A stretch of DNA of 64,000 bases from a virus, in IMG/VR virus record IMGVR_UViG_3300031251_000005, positions 1 to 64,000 of that record, one strand, 5' to 3'. Each line of letters opens with the position of its first letter. Within the stretch, counting starts at the first letter, position 1. A program made the translations under genes and the position numbers. The notes under the pieces were generated by a model. The model did not search any database and was not told where the DNA came from. It saw only the letters and a list, made by a program, of their open reading frames with translations. Positions 30,940 through 40,052 of this stretch are shown in pieces.

Positions 30940-31778
30940 TAGGTAGCTACATATGGGCTAGAATTAGCCAATGAGAATTGCAAAGTAAGGGAGGATGGAT
31001 ATACTTGTAATTCTTGACTAGTAGCTGCATAAGCCATTACTTGTGCACATTGTAGATCTGTATAAACAGCTGAATTACCACCTAATGTGGTAGTGACTGT
31101 AACATCAAACCCACTAACCATCCCTACTTCAGAAATTGTAGCATATCTAATATCACCATACTTTGTTATACAAGCATCAATAATATTATTAATATCTACA
31201 GTGTTAAAATTAACAGGTAATATAGCTTGTGTAACAAAATGACTACCATTTGTTACATTAACTGTTGTATTACTAATATCAACTGGAGTTGGTGATAAAT
31301 TAATAGCTGATGGAATATAAGCTAAATCACTAGTCTGTGCTCCATTAGTAATAGTAATGATACGTCGATCTACACTAATACCTGTGGTTGGTAAAACCAT
31401 TAAGTAATAAGAATAATAATCAACTCCACCTATAGTTTCCAATATACGTAATCTAAATCTACTCCTTTCTGTAGGTTGTAAATCTGCAGTAGTAGGTACC
31501 ATGACAAACGGTATCTGTTCAAAGAAAGCCCCATCTGTTACATTATGTTGTAACATATCTACTAATGTATTATTACCAGAGCCTATTACATTAGTTTTAC
31601 CACCTCTACCTATTCCTATATAACCTATAGTAGGATAACCATCAGAAGGTGGATTAACATTACCTACATTAAATTTTTCATTTAATGTACTATATTGATC
31701 TGGTACAAATGGAAGATTTAAAGATCTTTGAATTTCCATTAGAGTAAAGTTTTTTGATTTTACAGCATTAATACTCAT
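30939..31778 (-). CDS. Virion structural protein (phiKZ gp127-like)
   Basis: STLNEKF, YIGIGRGG, IPFV and ISEVGMVSG motifs; synteny. Confidence 0.65.
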   Translation of the reverse strand: MSINAVKSKNFTLMEIQRSLNLPFVPDQYSTLNEKFNVGNVNPPSDGYPTIGYIGIGRGGKTNVIGSGNNTLVDMLQHNVTDGAFFEQIPFVMVPTTADLQPTERSRFRLRILETIGGVDYYSYYLMVLPTTGISVDRRIITITNGAQTSDLAYIPSAINLSPTPVDISNTTVNVTNGSHFVTQAILPVNFNTVDINNIIDACITKYGDIRYATISEVGMVSGFDVTVTTTLGGNSAVYTDLQCAQVMAYAATSQELQVYPSSLTLQFSLANSSPYVAT

Positions 31779-31824
31779 ATTACTTGTTCCTAAAAAATAA
31801 TGATAGATATAAAATAATGTTCTT

Positions 31825-33981
31825 TTATATTAATTTAAGAAATGCGCCTGCTTCAATTCGATATTCATCGTTACAAATAACACCACAACCTATATCTAAA
31901 CCTATATTTAAAGATCTAGTAATAATATCCATATAAGTGTTAGTAATATCAATAGAGCTATTAACAATAACTGGTATTCTAATATTACTCACTATACTAA
32001 GATTATCATTAACATCTAGACCGTGAGAAGTTTCTATTGGGGACAATACAGTGGCACCTTCCTTACTATTTACTATACTAAATTCCCAAGGAATAGGTTC
32101 TATGTCATTAGTAGGTGCGCCATTTACAAATTGTACCATATAACTACATAGAGTACGAAGAATACCCATCATTTCTATATATGGACTTTGTAATGTGCTT
32201 GTATTAGGTGAAATACCAATAAACACTTTAGCTAAAGTAGTAGCTATAGATATAAATGTAGTATCAGAGAAATAACTCACATCTACTTCTAATCTATGAA
32301 AGAAATCAGTATAAGTTGTTTCTTCTACAAAACTACAAGGTATATTTTGATAGAATAAATTAACTAAAGATTGTAACTCTGATCTACCTATAGGATTTTG
32401 TTCTAATGTAGGTAATAATCTATGTTGTACTTTATTACTTACTATTTGATCTATATAAATATTAAATTGATCTAAAGTAATCATATCATGCGGATATGTT
32501 TGTGCGCTTAATAAATCTTGAAATCTATTCCATGTAACTAATGGATTAGTATTTAATATTGAACCAGATACAAACCTAGATTCAATTATAGCTAATATCT
32601 CTTGATCAGTTAACTGTGGATGTACCATTATATCCCTAACTACTGGTGTAGGAATATCTATTAGTTTATTACCAGTATAAGCGGAAGCAGCATACATTAA
32701 GAATACAGCAGCATCAGCTGCAGATAAAGTTATATCAGGTATACCCTCAGATGGTAATTTCAATATATACTTATATCTAATCTTATTTTGATTAGTACTG
32801 GCTAAATATAACCAATTGTGTATTTGTTCAGAAACCCGACTAACTAAAGCAATAGTAGTATTTTGTATTATGCTACCTTCAATCACATTAGTTGGTATGT
32901 CAGTGGATGGTGTATGTAACAAAGCTTCTTCTAATTTTAAAACATCTATATCTATGTTTTGTGGATTTAAAGAAGCCTGTGATTCTAATTTATCTACTAA
33001 ATCTGGTATAGTAAAGAATTTAGTAGTATCTGTTACTTGAGTAGGCGTATTATAAGGGTACCTATTTACTTTTACTTCATTACCTAAATTCTTATAATCT
33101 TTATTATCTAAAGTTTTTAATGATTGCCCAATGTCTTGCCTTATATCATATTTATATAATTGTAAGCCAAATGGAAAAGCAAAGTTATCATTAAGAAAAT
33201 CTAATGTAGAAGATAAACCAGCATTAGCTACAATATACTCTATATTTCTATATAGAAAATAAGCTTGTTCATAAGGTATAACATTTTTATAAGAACCTAA
33301 ATCAAAATAGTTAGATAAATAATTCCATAAATGAAATTCATGTACTTGTGGTGTTTTACAATTATTTAATCTAATATTAATAATAACAGGTATTAAATTT
33401 TGATATAGTATACCTAAAAAAGCAGCTGTATATAAATTATCTGTAACAGCATATGCAACTACATCCCATCTAGTAGTATAATTAGTAATCCATTTTTGAA
33501 TATCACTAATTAATCTAGTTTCACCTGCACCAATAAAAGAAGGATCATAATCTAGTAAGATATAGTTATCAGCATCTATTGCTGTTTGTATATCTACTGG
33601 AGATAATACACCACGAATTAACATATCCTGGTTTGGATATTGAGTTATTAAATTATTATAAGAAGTACCATATGTTAATAGATCAGTTAATGTAATAGGG
33701 TGTTGTATAATTATATCTGGTAAGAAGTTTATTAACTCATTAGTATCTAATGAGTAAACTTGTATATTAGGATCATTTAAATATCCTGTAGTACCCACAT
33801 ATGGTAAGCCAGCTATATTCCTATAATATTTCCAGTCAGCAGGATTTATAGATAACTCATCTCCACCTGCTGCTAAATATGAATTAATAGTGTTTATCGT
33901 TTGTGTAGATTTAATTACAAAACTCCTTACAAGTTTTATTATATCTGAAACGTAAGCGTAATATGTATCACTTATGAGCAT
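31825..33981 (-). CDS. Virion structural protein, probable baseplate (phiKZ gp128-like)
   Basis: WKYYRNIAG, IRLNNCKT.QVH.FH and FLYRNI motifs. Confidence 0.7.
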   Translation of the reverse strand: MLISDTYYAYVSDIIKLVRSFVIKSTQTINTINSYLAAGGDELSINPADWKYYRNIAGLPYVGTTGYLNDPNIQVYSLDTNELINFLPDIIIQHPITLTDLLTYGTSYNNLITQYPNQDMLIRGVLSPVDIQTAIDADNYILLDYDPSFIGAGETRLISDIQKWITNYTTRWDVVAYAVTDNLYTAAFLGILYQNLIPVIINIRLNNCKTPQVHEFHLWNYLSNYFDLGSYKNVIPYEQAYFLYRNIEYIVANAGLSSTLDFLNDNFAFPFGLQLYKYDIRQDIGQSLKTLDNKDYKNLGNEVKVNRYPYNTPTQVTDTTKFFTIPDLVDKLESQASLNPQNIDIDVLKLEEALLHTPSTDIPTNVIEGSIIQNTTIALVSRVSEQIHNWLYLASTNQNKIRYKYILKLPSEGIPDITLSAADAAVFLMYAASAYTGNKLIDIPTPVVRDIMVHPQLTDQEILAIIESRFVSGSILNTNPLVTWNRFQDLLSAQTYPHDMITLDQFNIYIDQIVSNKVQHRLLPTLEQNPIGRSELQSLVNLFYQNIPCSFVEETTYTDFFHRLEVDVSYFSDTTFISIATTLAKVFIGISPNTSTLQSPYIEMMGILRTLCSYMVQFVNGAPTNDIEPIPWEFSIVNSKEGATVLSPIETSHGLDVNDNLSIVSNIRIPVIVNSSIDITNTYMDIITRSLNIGLDIGCGVICNDEYRIEAGAFLKLI

Positions 33982-34052
33982 AATGCTTCCTCTAAAAATA
34001 TTATAGTTCTATATAATATTTTAATCGATTTATTTTTTAAAGAGACTTTAGT

Positions 34053-36596
34053 ATGGCTAAAAAAGATGAAAATAAAAAACCAGTTGAAGATGATATCTCT
34101 ACCACTGAGAAAGTATGGAGAGTACCTAAGACTGATTTAGTAGCACCTACTAATAAAAAGAAATACACTAGCAATCTAGATATTGATTTTAGTAGATTAA
34201 AACGTATAGTACTAGACCACTCTGATAGACTGGATGATGCAGCTGGTATTATGGAAACTTTACCAGATCTAGAAATAGTCAAAGAGACTCTAGTAGCTAG
34301 CATATTATCACCCAAAGATTTAAAAGAAGTAAAACTAAATATAACAATTAATAAAAATGCTCCACCAGAAATAGCTGAATTAGTAAGAGATCACTTTACA
34401 TCAGAATTTAATCTAGAGAGTAAATTATCTGTAATATTAGAGGAGTCTCTTTTTACTAAAGGCAGTTATATTTTAATGACATTACCACCTAATGCTATTA
34501 GAAAGATTATTGTTGAAAATACATATGGATTAGAATCAGCTAAGTATAATATAACTAATTTAGATATTGATAACTTTAGCTTGCCTAATATTGGTTTATT
34601 ACATTCTAATCTAGATAATGTAAACTATAGTTTAGAAAGTATCACTGATGAACGTAATTCTAAATTCTCTTTAGAAGGCGTAAACTGTAGTTTTACTAAA
34701 GGTGAAGATTTTAATGAATATAAAAAGTATGTAGAAATTAGTGATAATTGTTTACATTTAATCAGACCTGCAATTAAATCTTATAGTGGTAAGAAAAAAG
34801 TAAGTGATATATTAAAGAATGCTTTTGGTATGGAAGCAGTTCAAAATACTGTTAATGTTGAATCTATTTATTTAAGTAGATCAGCTACTACTATTCCTTT
34901 GCTAACTATGTCAGAAGATGTAGAAAAAGAAACTGAATTTAATCCAGTGGTTTTAACATTACCACAAGAATCAGTTATTCCAGTGCATGTTCCAGGTGAG
35001 CCTACTAATCATGTTGGTTATTATGTCTTTTTAGATGAGGATGGTAATCCAATTAGATATACTAGTACTAGTAATAAATTTAAAGAATTAAACACTAGAT
35101 TAAATAATACTATTAAAAATCAAACTTTAATGAATAATATTGGCTTAGGTGTAACCTATGCTAATAATTCAGTATCTAAAAACGCTAATGCTATTAATAA
35201 TAGACTTTTATTAGAGGCTTATTATAAAAAGTTTGAAAATGATTTAAAAGAAAAGATAGCTAAAGGTGGAACTGGGCAAACTGTAGAAATCAGTAACCCT
35301 GGTGAATTATATAGAATTATGTTTGCTAGGCAACTAGAAAAACAAAAAACTAAAGTTATCTATGTTCCTAAAGAAATGATTAGTTATATAGCGTTTAATT
35401 ACAATGAAACCGGCACTGGTATCTCATTGATTGAAAAGACTAAATTAATATCTTCTTTTAGGGCTGTATTAATGTTTGCTACTTTAATGGCTCATGTTAA
35501 AAGTTCAGTAAATCTAAGAACTCTTAGTATTACTTTAGATCAAGATGATCCAGATCCAACAGCTACGGTAGAATCTATATTAAATGAAACAGTAGCCTTA
35601 AGTGCATCTGGTATGCCTTTAGGTAGAACAAATCCATTAGATATAGTAGACTCGTTACAAAAGTCTGGATTACAGATTAAAGTAGATGGTGGTACCAGAT
35701 ACCCTAATACTAACATTGATTTAGCAGAAACTAAAAGAAACATTACTCCCCCTTCTTTAGATTTATCTGATATGTTAAGAGATATGCATTATTCAGCTCT
35801 ATGGGTAAATCCTGAAACTATTACTAGATCTGCAGATATTGATTTTGCTTCTACTCTTACATCAATAAATTTATTACAAGCTAAACGTATTACTGAAGTG
35901 CAAACTAAATACACAGCAGCTCTAAGCGGTGTAATAAAGAACTATATCTATATGGGTGGACCTTTATACACTACAATTAAAGAAAAATATAATTCTGCTA
36001 AAAGCTCTTTAACTTTAGAAGAAGTAATTGACAGTATAGCTGTTACATTACCTAAACAAGACAATGCAGTTATTTTAACACAAGCTAAAGAATATGCAGA
36101 TTATTGTACATTTATAGAAACCGCTGTGGACTCTTATATATCAGATGGTATGATTAAAGATTTATTAACTGGTGAATATATTGGTTTAAGCATAGATGAT
36201 GTTAGAAATACTATTTTAGATAAATTAAAACGTGATTGGTTACGTGGTCAAAATATGTTACCTGAATTAGATACTATTATTATTAATGAAGATAATAATG
36301 CTACTAAAAATTTAGAATTACATAATGACAATGTAATTAAATTCATCAGCGAAATCTTAAGGCACGTTAAAAAAACTGAACATGATGAAGATGAAAAAAC
36401 TAAAGAAGAAATAGATAAGTTAAATCCTCCACCACCTGAAGAAGAAACTACAGATGTAGATAACCCATCTCCAAAAGAAGGTGAGGAAAATACAGATATA
36501 TCTGAAGATAACAATGAAAATGATCTAGATAAAGACTTAGATAATCCTGATGAGTCAGATAAACCAAAGGATGATGATAAGGATACCAAAAAGTAA
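34053..36596 (+). CDS. Portal protein (phiKZ gp129-like)
   Basis: 847 aa; SILSPKD and ESVIPVHVPGEP.NHVGYYVFLDE.GNP motifs; acidic C-terminal tail. Confidence 0.75.
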   Translation: MAKKDENKKPVEDDISTTEKVWRVPKTDLVAPTNKKKYTSNLDIDFSRLKRIVLDHSDRLDDAAGIMETLPDLEIVKETLVASILSPKDLKEVKLNITINKNAPPEIAELVRDHFTSEFNLESKLSVILEESLFTKGSYILMTLPPNAIRKIIVENTYGLESAKYNITNLDIDNFSLPNIGLLHSNLDNVNYSLESITDERNSKFSLEGVNCSFTKGEDFNEYKKYVEISDNCLHLIRPAIKSYSGKKKVSDILKNAFGMEAVQNTVNVESIYLSRSATTIPLLTMSEDVEKETEFNPVVLTLPQESVIPVHVPGEPTNHVGYYVFLDEDGNPIRYTSTSNKFKELNTRLNNTIKNQTLMNNIGLGVTYANNSVSKNANAINNRLLLEAYYKKFENDLKEKIAKGGTGQTVEISNPGELYRIMFARQLEKQKTKVIYVPKEMISYIAFNYNETGTGISLIEKTKLISSFRAVLMFATLMAHVKSSVNLRTLSITLDQDDPDPTATVESILNETVALSASGMPLGRTNPLDIVDSLQKSGLQIKVDGGTRYPNTNIDLAETKRNITPPSLDLSDMLRDMHYSALWVNPETITRSADIDFASTLTSINLLQAKRITEVQTKYTAALSGVIKNYIYMGGPLYTTIKEKYNSAKSSLTLEEVIDSIAVTLPKQDNAVILTQAKEYADYCTFIETAVDSYISDGMIKDLLTGEYIGLSIDDVRNTILDKLKRDWLRGQNMLPELDTIIINEDNNATKNLELHNDNVIKFISEILRHVKKTEHDEDEKTKEEIDKLNPPPPEEETTDVDNPSPKEGEENTDISEDNNENDLDKDLDNPDESDKPKDDDKDTKK

Positions 36597-36610
36597 GTAA
36601 ACAAGGAAAT

Positions 36611-36640
36611 ATATACTAGGTGCATTTGCACCTAGTATAT
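36611..36640 (+). terminator. Hairpin after the portal gene
   Basis: atatactaggtgca-tt-tgcacctagtatat. Confidence 0.75.
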
Positions 36641-36644
36641 GACC

Positions 36645-36750
36645 TATTTTTTAAAGATTCTAATTTTTTGAATATATATATAATAGAAATGGTATTAGAA
36701 TAGTATTGCATTATTCTAATCTTTTTAAATTAAATAGGAGTATTAAAATG
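36645..36750 (+). repeat. Leader repeat copy 3
   Basis: tattttttaaagattctaattttttgaatatatatataatagaaatggtattagaatagtattgcattattctaatctttttaaattaaataggagtattaaaATG. Confidence 0.9.
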
Positions 36751-37086
36751 AGTATCGTAGAAATTAATGAAGTACAAATGTCAGAATTAAACCTTGCATT
36801 AGAAGGTAAAGCATTTGCAAAAAAATGCCGGAGCCAACTAATGGAAGGCCGGGCCATCATTGGAAACGGGGGTGTTACTGGTTGTATAGAAGTACATCTT
36901 TGTGAAAGTAGTCATGGTGCTGTCGAGTGGCATGTATGTATCATGCCAGAAAGAAAACCTGAAGATCTTGCCAGAGGCAAACACTCTTACCCTGGTAGAC
37001 TAGAAATCAACCATGTGTCTACATTTACAGACTGGGACCCAATGGTGAAATTTGTTAAGGATACCGTTATATCTGACTATATCTAA
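36748..37086 (+). CDS. Hypothetical accessory protein (112 aa)
   Basis: Starts MSIVEINE behind the leader RBS; GC-richer than the core genes. Confidence 0.7.
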   Translation: MSIVEINEVQMSELNLALEGKAFAKKCRSQLMEGRAIIGNGGVTGCIEVHLCESSHGAVEWHVCIMPERKPEDLARGKHSYPGRLEINHVSTFTDWDPMVKFVKDTVISDYI

Positions 37087-37095
37087 ACCGAACAC

Positions 37096-37125
37096 CATTA
37101 TGGATGTCAAATGACATCCATAATG
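37096..37125. terminator. Hairpin terminator
   Basis: cattatggatgtca-aa-tgacatccataatg with a downstream T run. Confidence 0.75.
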
Positions 37126-37148
37126 CCCATCTTTAATTGTTTTTTTTT

Positions 37149-37329
37149 TCAATTGTAAACAGTTAACACTCTACTAACATAATTAGCTGTTTGAATTGAT
37201 CGTTGTCCAATAATAGTTGGTAAACATCGCATCATAGATTCATATAGGTTTGATTGGCATTTATTAACAGCACGCTGTATATTGCCTTGTCCAGCATTAT
37301 AACTCGCTAATAGCATTTTTGTTTTATTA
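37149..37329 (-). pseudogene. 3' remnant of a second lytic transglycosylase gene
   Basis: Minus frame reads NKTKMLLASYNAGQGNIQRAVNKCQSNLYESMMRCLPTIIGQRSIQTANYVSRVLTVYN*, aligning with the C-terminus of ORF 37501-38154; the catalytic ES motif is absent. Confidence 0.8.
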
Positions 37330-37417
37330 GCATTATATCTTAGCTAAGTATGGGTTACAAACCGCTTTATTAAAGTTATTTAATGTGCATATTACCGTTG
37401 GTAAGTATGAGTTAGAT
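37330..37417 (+). repeat. Exact 88-bp copy of RNAP gene segment 27227-27314
   Basis: gcattatatcttagctaagtatggg...gtaagtatgagttagat is identical at both places. Confidence 0.92.
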
Positions 37418-37463
37418 GATAATTCAGATAATTTAGATATACCTAAATAATAATTAGCATAGG

Positions 37464-37497
37464 CATAGATACTAGGACAATTGTCCTAGTATCTATG
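37464..37497. terminator. Perfect 34-bp palindrome
   Basis: catagatactaggacaa|ttgtcctagtatctatg. Confidence 0.8.
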
Positions 37498-37500
37498 TAT

Positions 37501-38154
37501 TTATGCAAAAGAATTATAAAGTGTTAAAACATTTTGAACATATATAATAGTTTCTGTAGAATTATTACCTGTTACTTTTTTTAAGCATGGCATAATATCT
37601 TCGTATTGAGATGACTTACATAATTTCTTAGCTTTATTGACATTACCTATACCAGCATTATAGGAAGCTAAGATAATTTTAACTTTATTTGAGTCATATG
37701 TATAATTATCCCAATAAGAGGATATTTGATTAAGATAAAAAGCAGCAGCATGAATAGAAGCATCAGGATTATTATGCCCTGTTTTAGCTTTTATATTTGC
37801 TCTCTTTTTAATAGCAGAAAATGTATTAGGCATTAATTGACAGAGTCCTAAAGCTCCTTCTTTTGATATAGCTTTAGGGTTTAAATTTGACTCAATAGTA
37901 CATAGTGCTTTTAATAATTTATAATCACTATATGGTAAATATTCTTTTGTATATTTTTTAAAGTTTTGATCATATTTTAATTCAGTTAAAAACTTACGTT
38001 TATATTGAACTAATTTCAATTGTTTAGCTGATATTTTACAGATATTTTTACTAGCATATCTATGTGATGTTGATGTATCTTTTATAGTGGTAGAAGCATA
38101 AGCATCCACAGATACTATAAATAACAACATTAAAAATACAAATAGATTTCTCAT
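37501..38154 (-). CDS. SLT-family lytic transglycosylase with N-terminal signal peptide
   Basis: IESNLNPKAIS, GALGLCQLMP, LASYNAG and ET..YV motifs; hydrophobic N-terminus ending AYA-S. Confidence 0.88.
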   Translation of the reverse strand: MRNLFVFLMLLFIVSVDAYASTTIKDTSTSHRYASKNICKISAKQLKLVQYKRKFLTELKYDQNFKKYTKEYLPYSDYKLLKALCTIESNLNPKAISKEGALGLCQLMPNTFSAIKKRANIKAKTGHNNPDASIHAAAFYLNQISSYWDNYTYDSNKVKIILASYNAGIGNVNKAKKLCKSSQYEDIMPCLKKVTGNNSTETIIYVQNVLTLYNSFA

Positions 38155-38184
38155 AATAGACCTTAAATATTAAATTAAACATAA

Positions 38185-38216
38185 TTAGATATACCTGGAT
38201 ATCCAGGTATATCTAA
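38185..38216. terminator. Perfect 32-bp palindrome
   Basis: ttagatatacctggat|atccaggtatatctaa. Confidence 0.75.
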
Positions 38217-38253
38217 AACAAAGTTTTTAAACATTTTAATTAACTTTGTACCT

Positions 38254-38721
38254 TTATCTAGGAGTAGCTATATTATCAAATTCATTTGATGTAATAACTA
38301 ATTTAATTGTTTCCTCCGGATGTATTTTATAAGTAATAGTATTTATAGACTTAATAATACCATAATCAGGTTCAGAAATATCTGCTGTAATAGTAATAGT
38401 AACAGTTTCACCATTATTACCTGGAACTCTTGTTACTACGCCATCACTACTTACAGTAGCAATTTTAGTATCAGAAGATACATATTTAATGTTAGTAATA
38501 TGTTGATTATTATTAGTACGAGCAATAGTAATTCTGTGTTTTTTCTTCAAAATAAAAACATCAGGTTCAGCAGGCACTACTGTATCTTCTACTTCTTTAG
38601 TTAATTCTTTAATAGCATTAGTAGTACTTTTAAGAGTATTATCTAATTTATCAAATTCTTCTTGTACATCATATAAAACATCATTATCAAAATGCTTTAC
38701 ATTATGTTCTTGATTACTCAT
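38254..38721 (-). CDS. Ig-like (Big_2-type) domain protein
   Basis: YVSSDTKIATVSSDGVVT...G.TVTITIT signature; start MSNQEH behind GGAGAGG. Confidence 0.65.
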   Translation of the reverse strand: MSNQEHNVKHFDNDVLYDVQEEFDKLDNTLKSTTNAIKELTKEVEDTVVPAEPDVFILKKKHRITIARTNNNQHITNIKYVSSDTKIATVSSDGVVTRVPGNNGETVTITITADISEPDYGIIKSINTITYKIHPEETIKLVITSNEFDNIATPR

Positions 38722-38784
38722 TGACCTCTCCTTTGTGAGATTAAAAAGTAACACATCCTTGTGTTATTTATTTTTAAGCTAAAC

Positions 38785-39486
38785 TTAACCAACAACACCA
38801 GTAGTAGCTTGAGCGCCAGCTACTGTATCTTGTGAAGTAGGTGCAACTGGAGTTTCTGCTGCACTAACAGGAGCAAAAGCGTCAACCGCTGGAGCTACTG
38901 CAGGTGCTGGATCAACAGCTGTTGGAGCTACTTGATCTGTGGGTGCAACAACAGGTGCAACAGGTGCTTCTGGAGCTGCGGTAGCAGCGCTATCAACCAC
39001 TGGTGTAGCTTCTACGGCAGCTGGCGCTACTGGGGTAGGTTCAACCACAGGAGCGGGTTGTTCAACTGGAGCTACCGGAGCAACATCGGCAACCGCTGGA
39101 GCTGCATCTTGTACCACAGGTTGTGCTGGTGCTTCTACAGGCGCAGCAGCAGGAGTACTATCTACCAACGCAGCTTGGCTTGCTTCAACTGCAGCAGCAG
39201 GAGCTGTAGCAATAGTTTGTGCTGCTTGTTCGGCTGCCAGATCCGCATTAGCAGAAGCAGTTGAGGTTTGAATAGCAGCATCAGCAGCGTCAATAGCAGC
39301 TTGTGTTTCTGGTGTGATTGCAGGTGCAACACTCAGAGCATTCAATTGATCTGTCAATGCAGTGATTTGTGCACCACGAGCATTATAACCAGAGATCAAA
39401 GTAGCAGTTTCAGCTTTATAAGCAGCCAGCGCTGCAACCAAAGCTTGTGAGTGAATAATAAGTTGAGCAAGGGTAGTTCCAGACAT
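38785..39486 (-). CDS. Ala/Pro/Val-rich protein with N-terminal coiled coil
   Basis: 233 aa, TAGGAG RBS, low-complexity C-terminal two thirds. Confidence 0.75.
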   Translation of the reverse strand: MSGTTLAQLIIHSQALVAALAAYKAETATLISGYNARGAQITALTDQLNALSVAPAITPETQAAIDAADAAIQTSTASANADLAAEQAAQTIATAPAAAVEASQAALVDSTPAAAPVEAPAQPVVQDAAPAVADVAPVAPVEQPAPVVEPTPVAPAAVEATPVVDSAATAAPEAPVAPVVAPTDQVAPTAVDPAPAVAPAVDAFAPVSAAETPVAPTSQDTVAGAQATTGVVG

Positions 39487-39590
39487 AAAATCTCCTAGGA
39501 TTATTTGATTTATAAAAAGTGATTAATCATTTTAATATAGAGTTAAGAAAACTTTTACTCTACACATTATATTTGGTTTTTAGTTTATTT

Positions 39591-39932
39591 TTATTTAGTT
39601 GAAGAAGAGGAAGTATCTAATACTGGTGTATTAGCTGGTACTGCTACCGATACCGCTGCTAATGCATTTAATTTTTCAGATACACTAGCTGATACTTTAG
39701 CAGCTTCTTTAATACCATCAACTAAAGATTGATTAGCACCAGCATCTTGCGCTACTTGTCCAGCAATAGGTGCTATTACTTTAACTGAATTAGAAACTAC
39801 TTCGATGGTAGCTTCAATGTTTTTTAAATCAGAATTAGCCTGAGCAATAATTTGCTCATGTGTTTGGTTTTGACAAGCTGATAATACAATGGACATAATT
39901 GCCATTAATAAAAATGATTTAGCTTTATACAT
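39591..39932 (-). CDS. Putative lipoprotein
   Basis: Signal peptide with LSAC lipobox; helical body; GGAG RBS. Confidence 0.7.
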   Translation of the reverse strand: MYKAKSFLLMAIMSIVLSACQNQTHEQIIAQANSDLKNIEATIEVVSNSVKVIAPIAGQVAQDAGANQSLVDGIKEAAKVSASVSEKLNALAAVSVAVPANTPVLDTSSSSTK

Positions 39933-40002
39933 GATAACTCCAAAAAAATAAGTAAAGGAAATAGAGCATAATATTACTTAGACTATTAATTAAAGATTTA
40001 AG

Positions 40003-40034
40003 ATAGAGATAGGAGATTAATCTCCTATCTCTAT
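40003..40034. terminator. Perfect 32-bp palindrome
   Basis: atagagataggagatt|aatctcctatctctat. Confidence 0.75.
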
Positions 40035-40052
40035 TATTACCTAGTTACTTAA

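Noticed and set aside
27227-37417. Diversity-generating retroelement (TR/VR pair) for the 88-bp repeat
   Set aside because: The copies are identical with no adenine-specific mismatches, and no reverse transcriptase is present in the window.
38932-39450. Antisense ORFs over the Ala/Pro-rich gene
   Set aside because: Shadow ORFs caused by low-complexity, stop-poor codons on the opposite strand.
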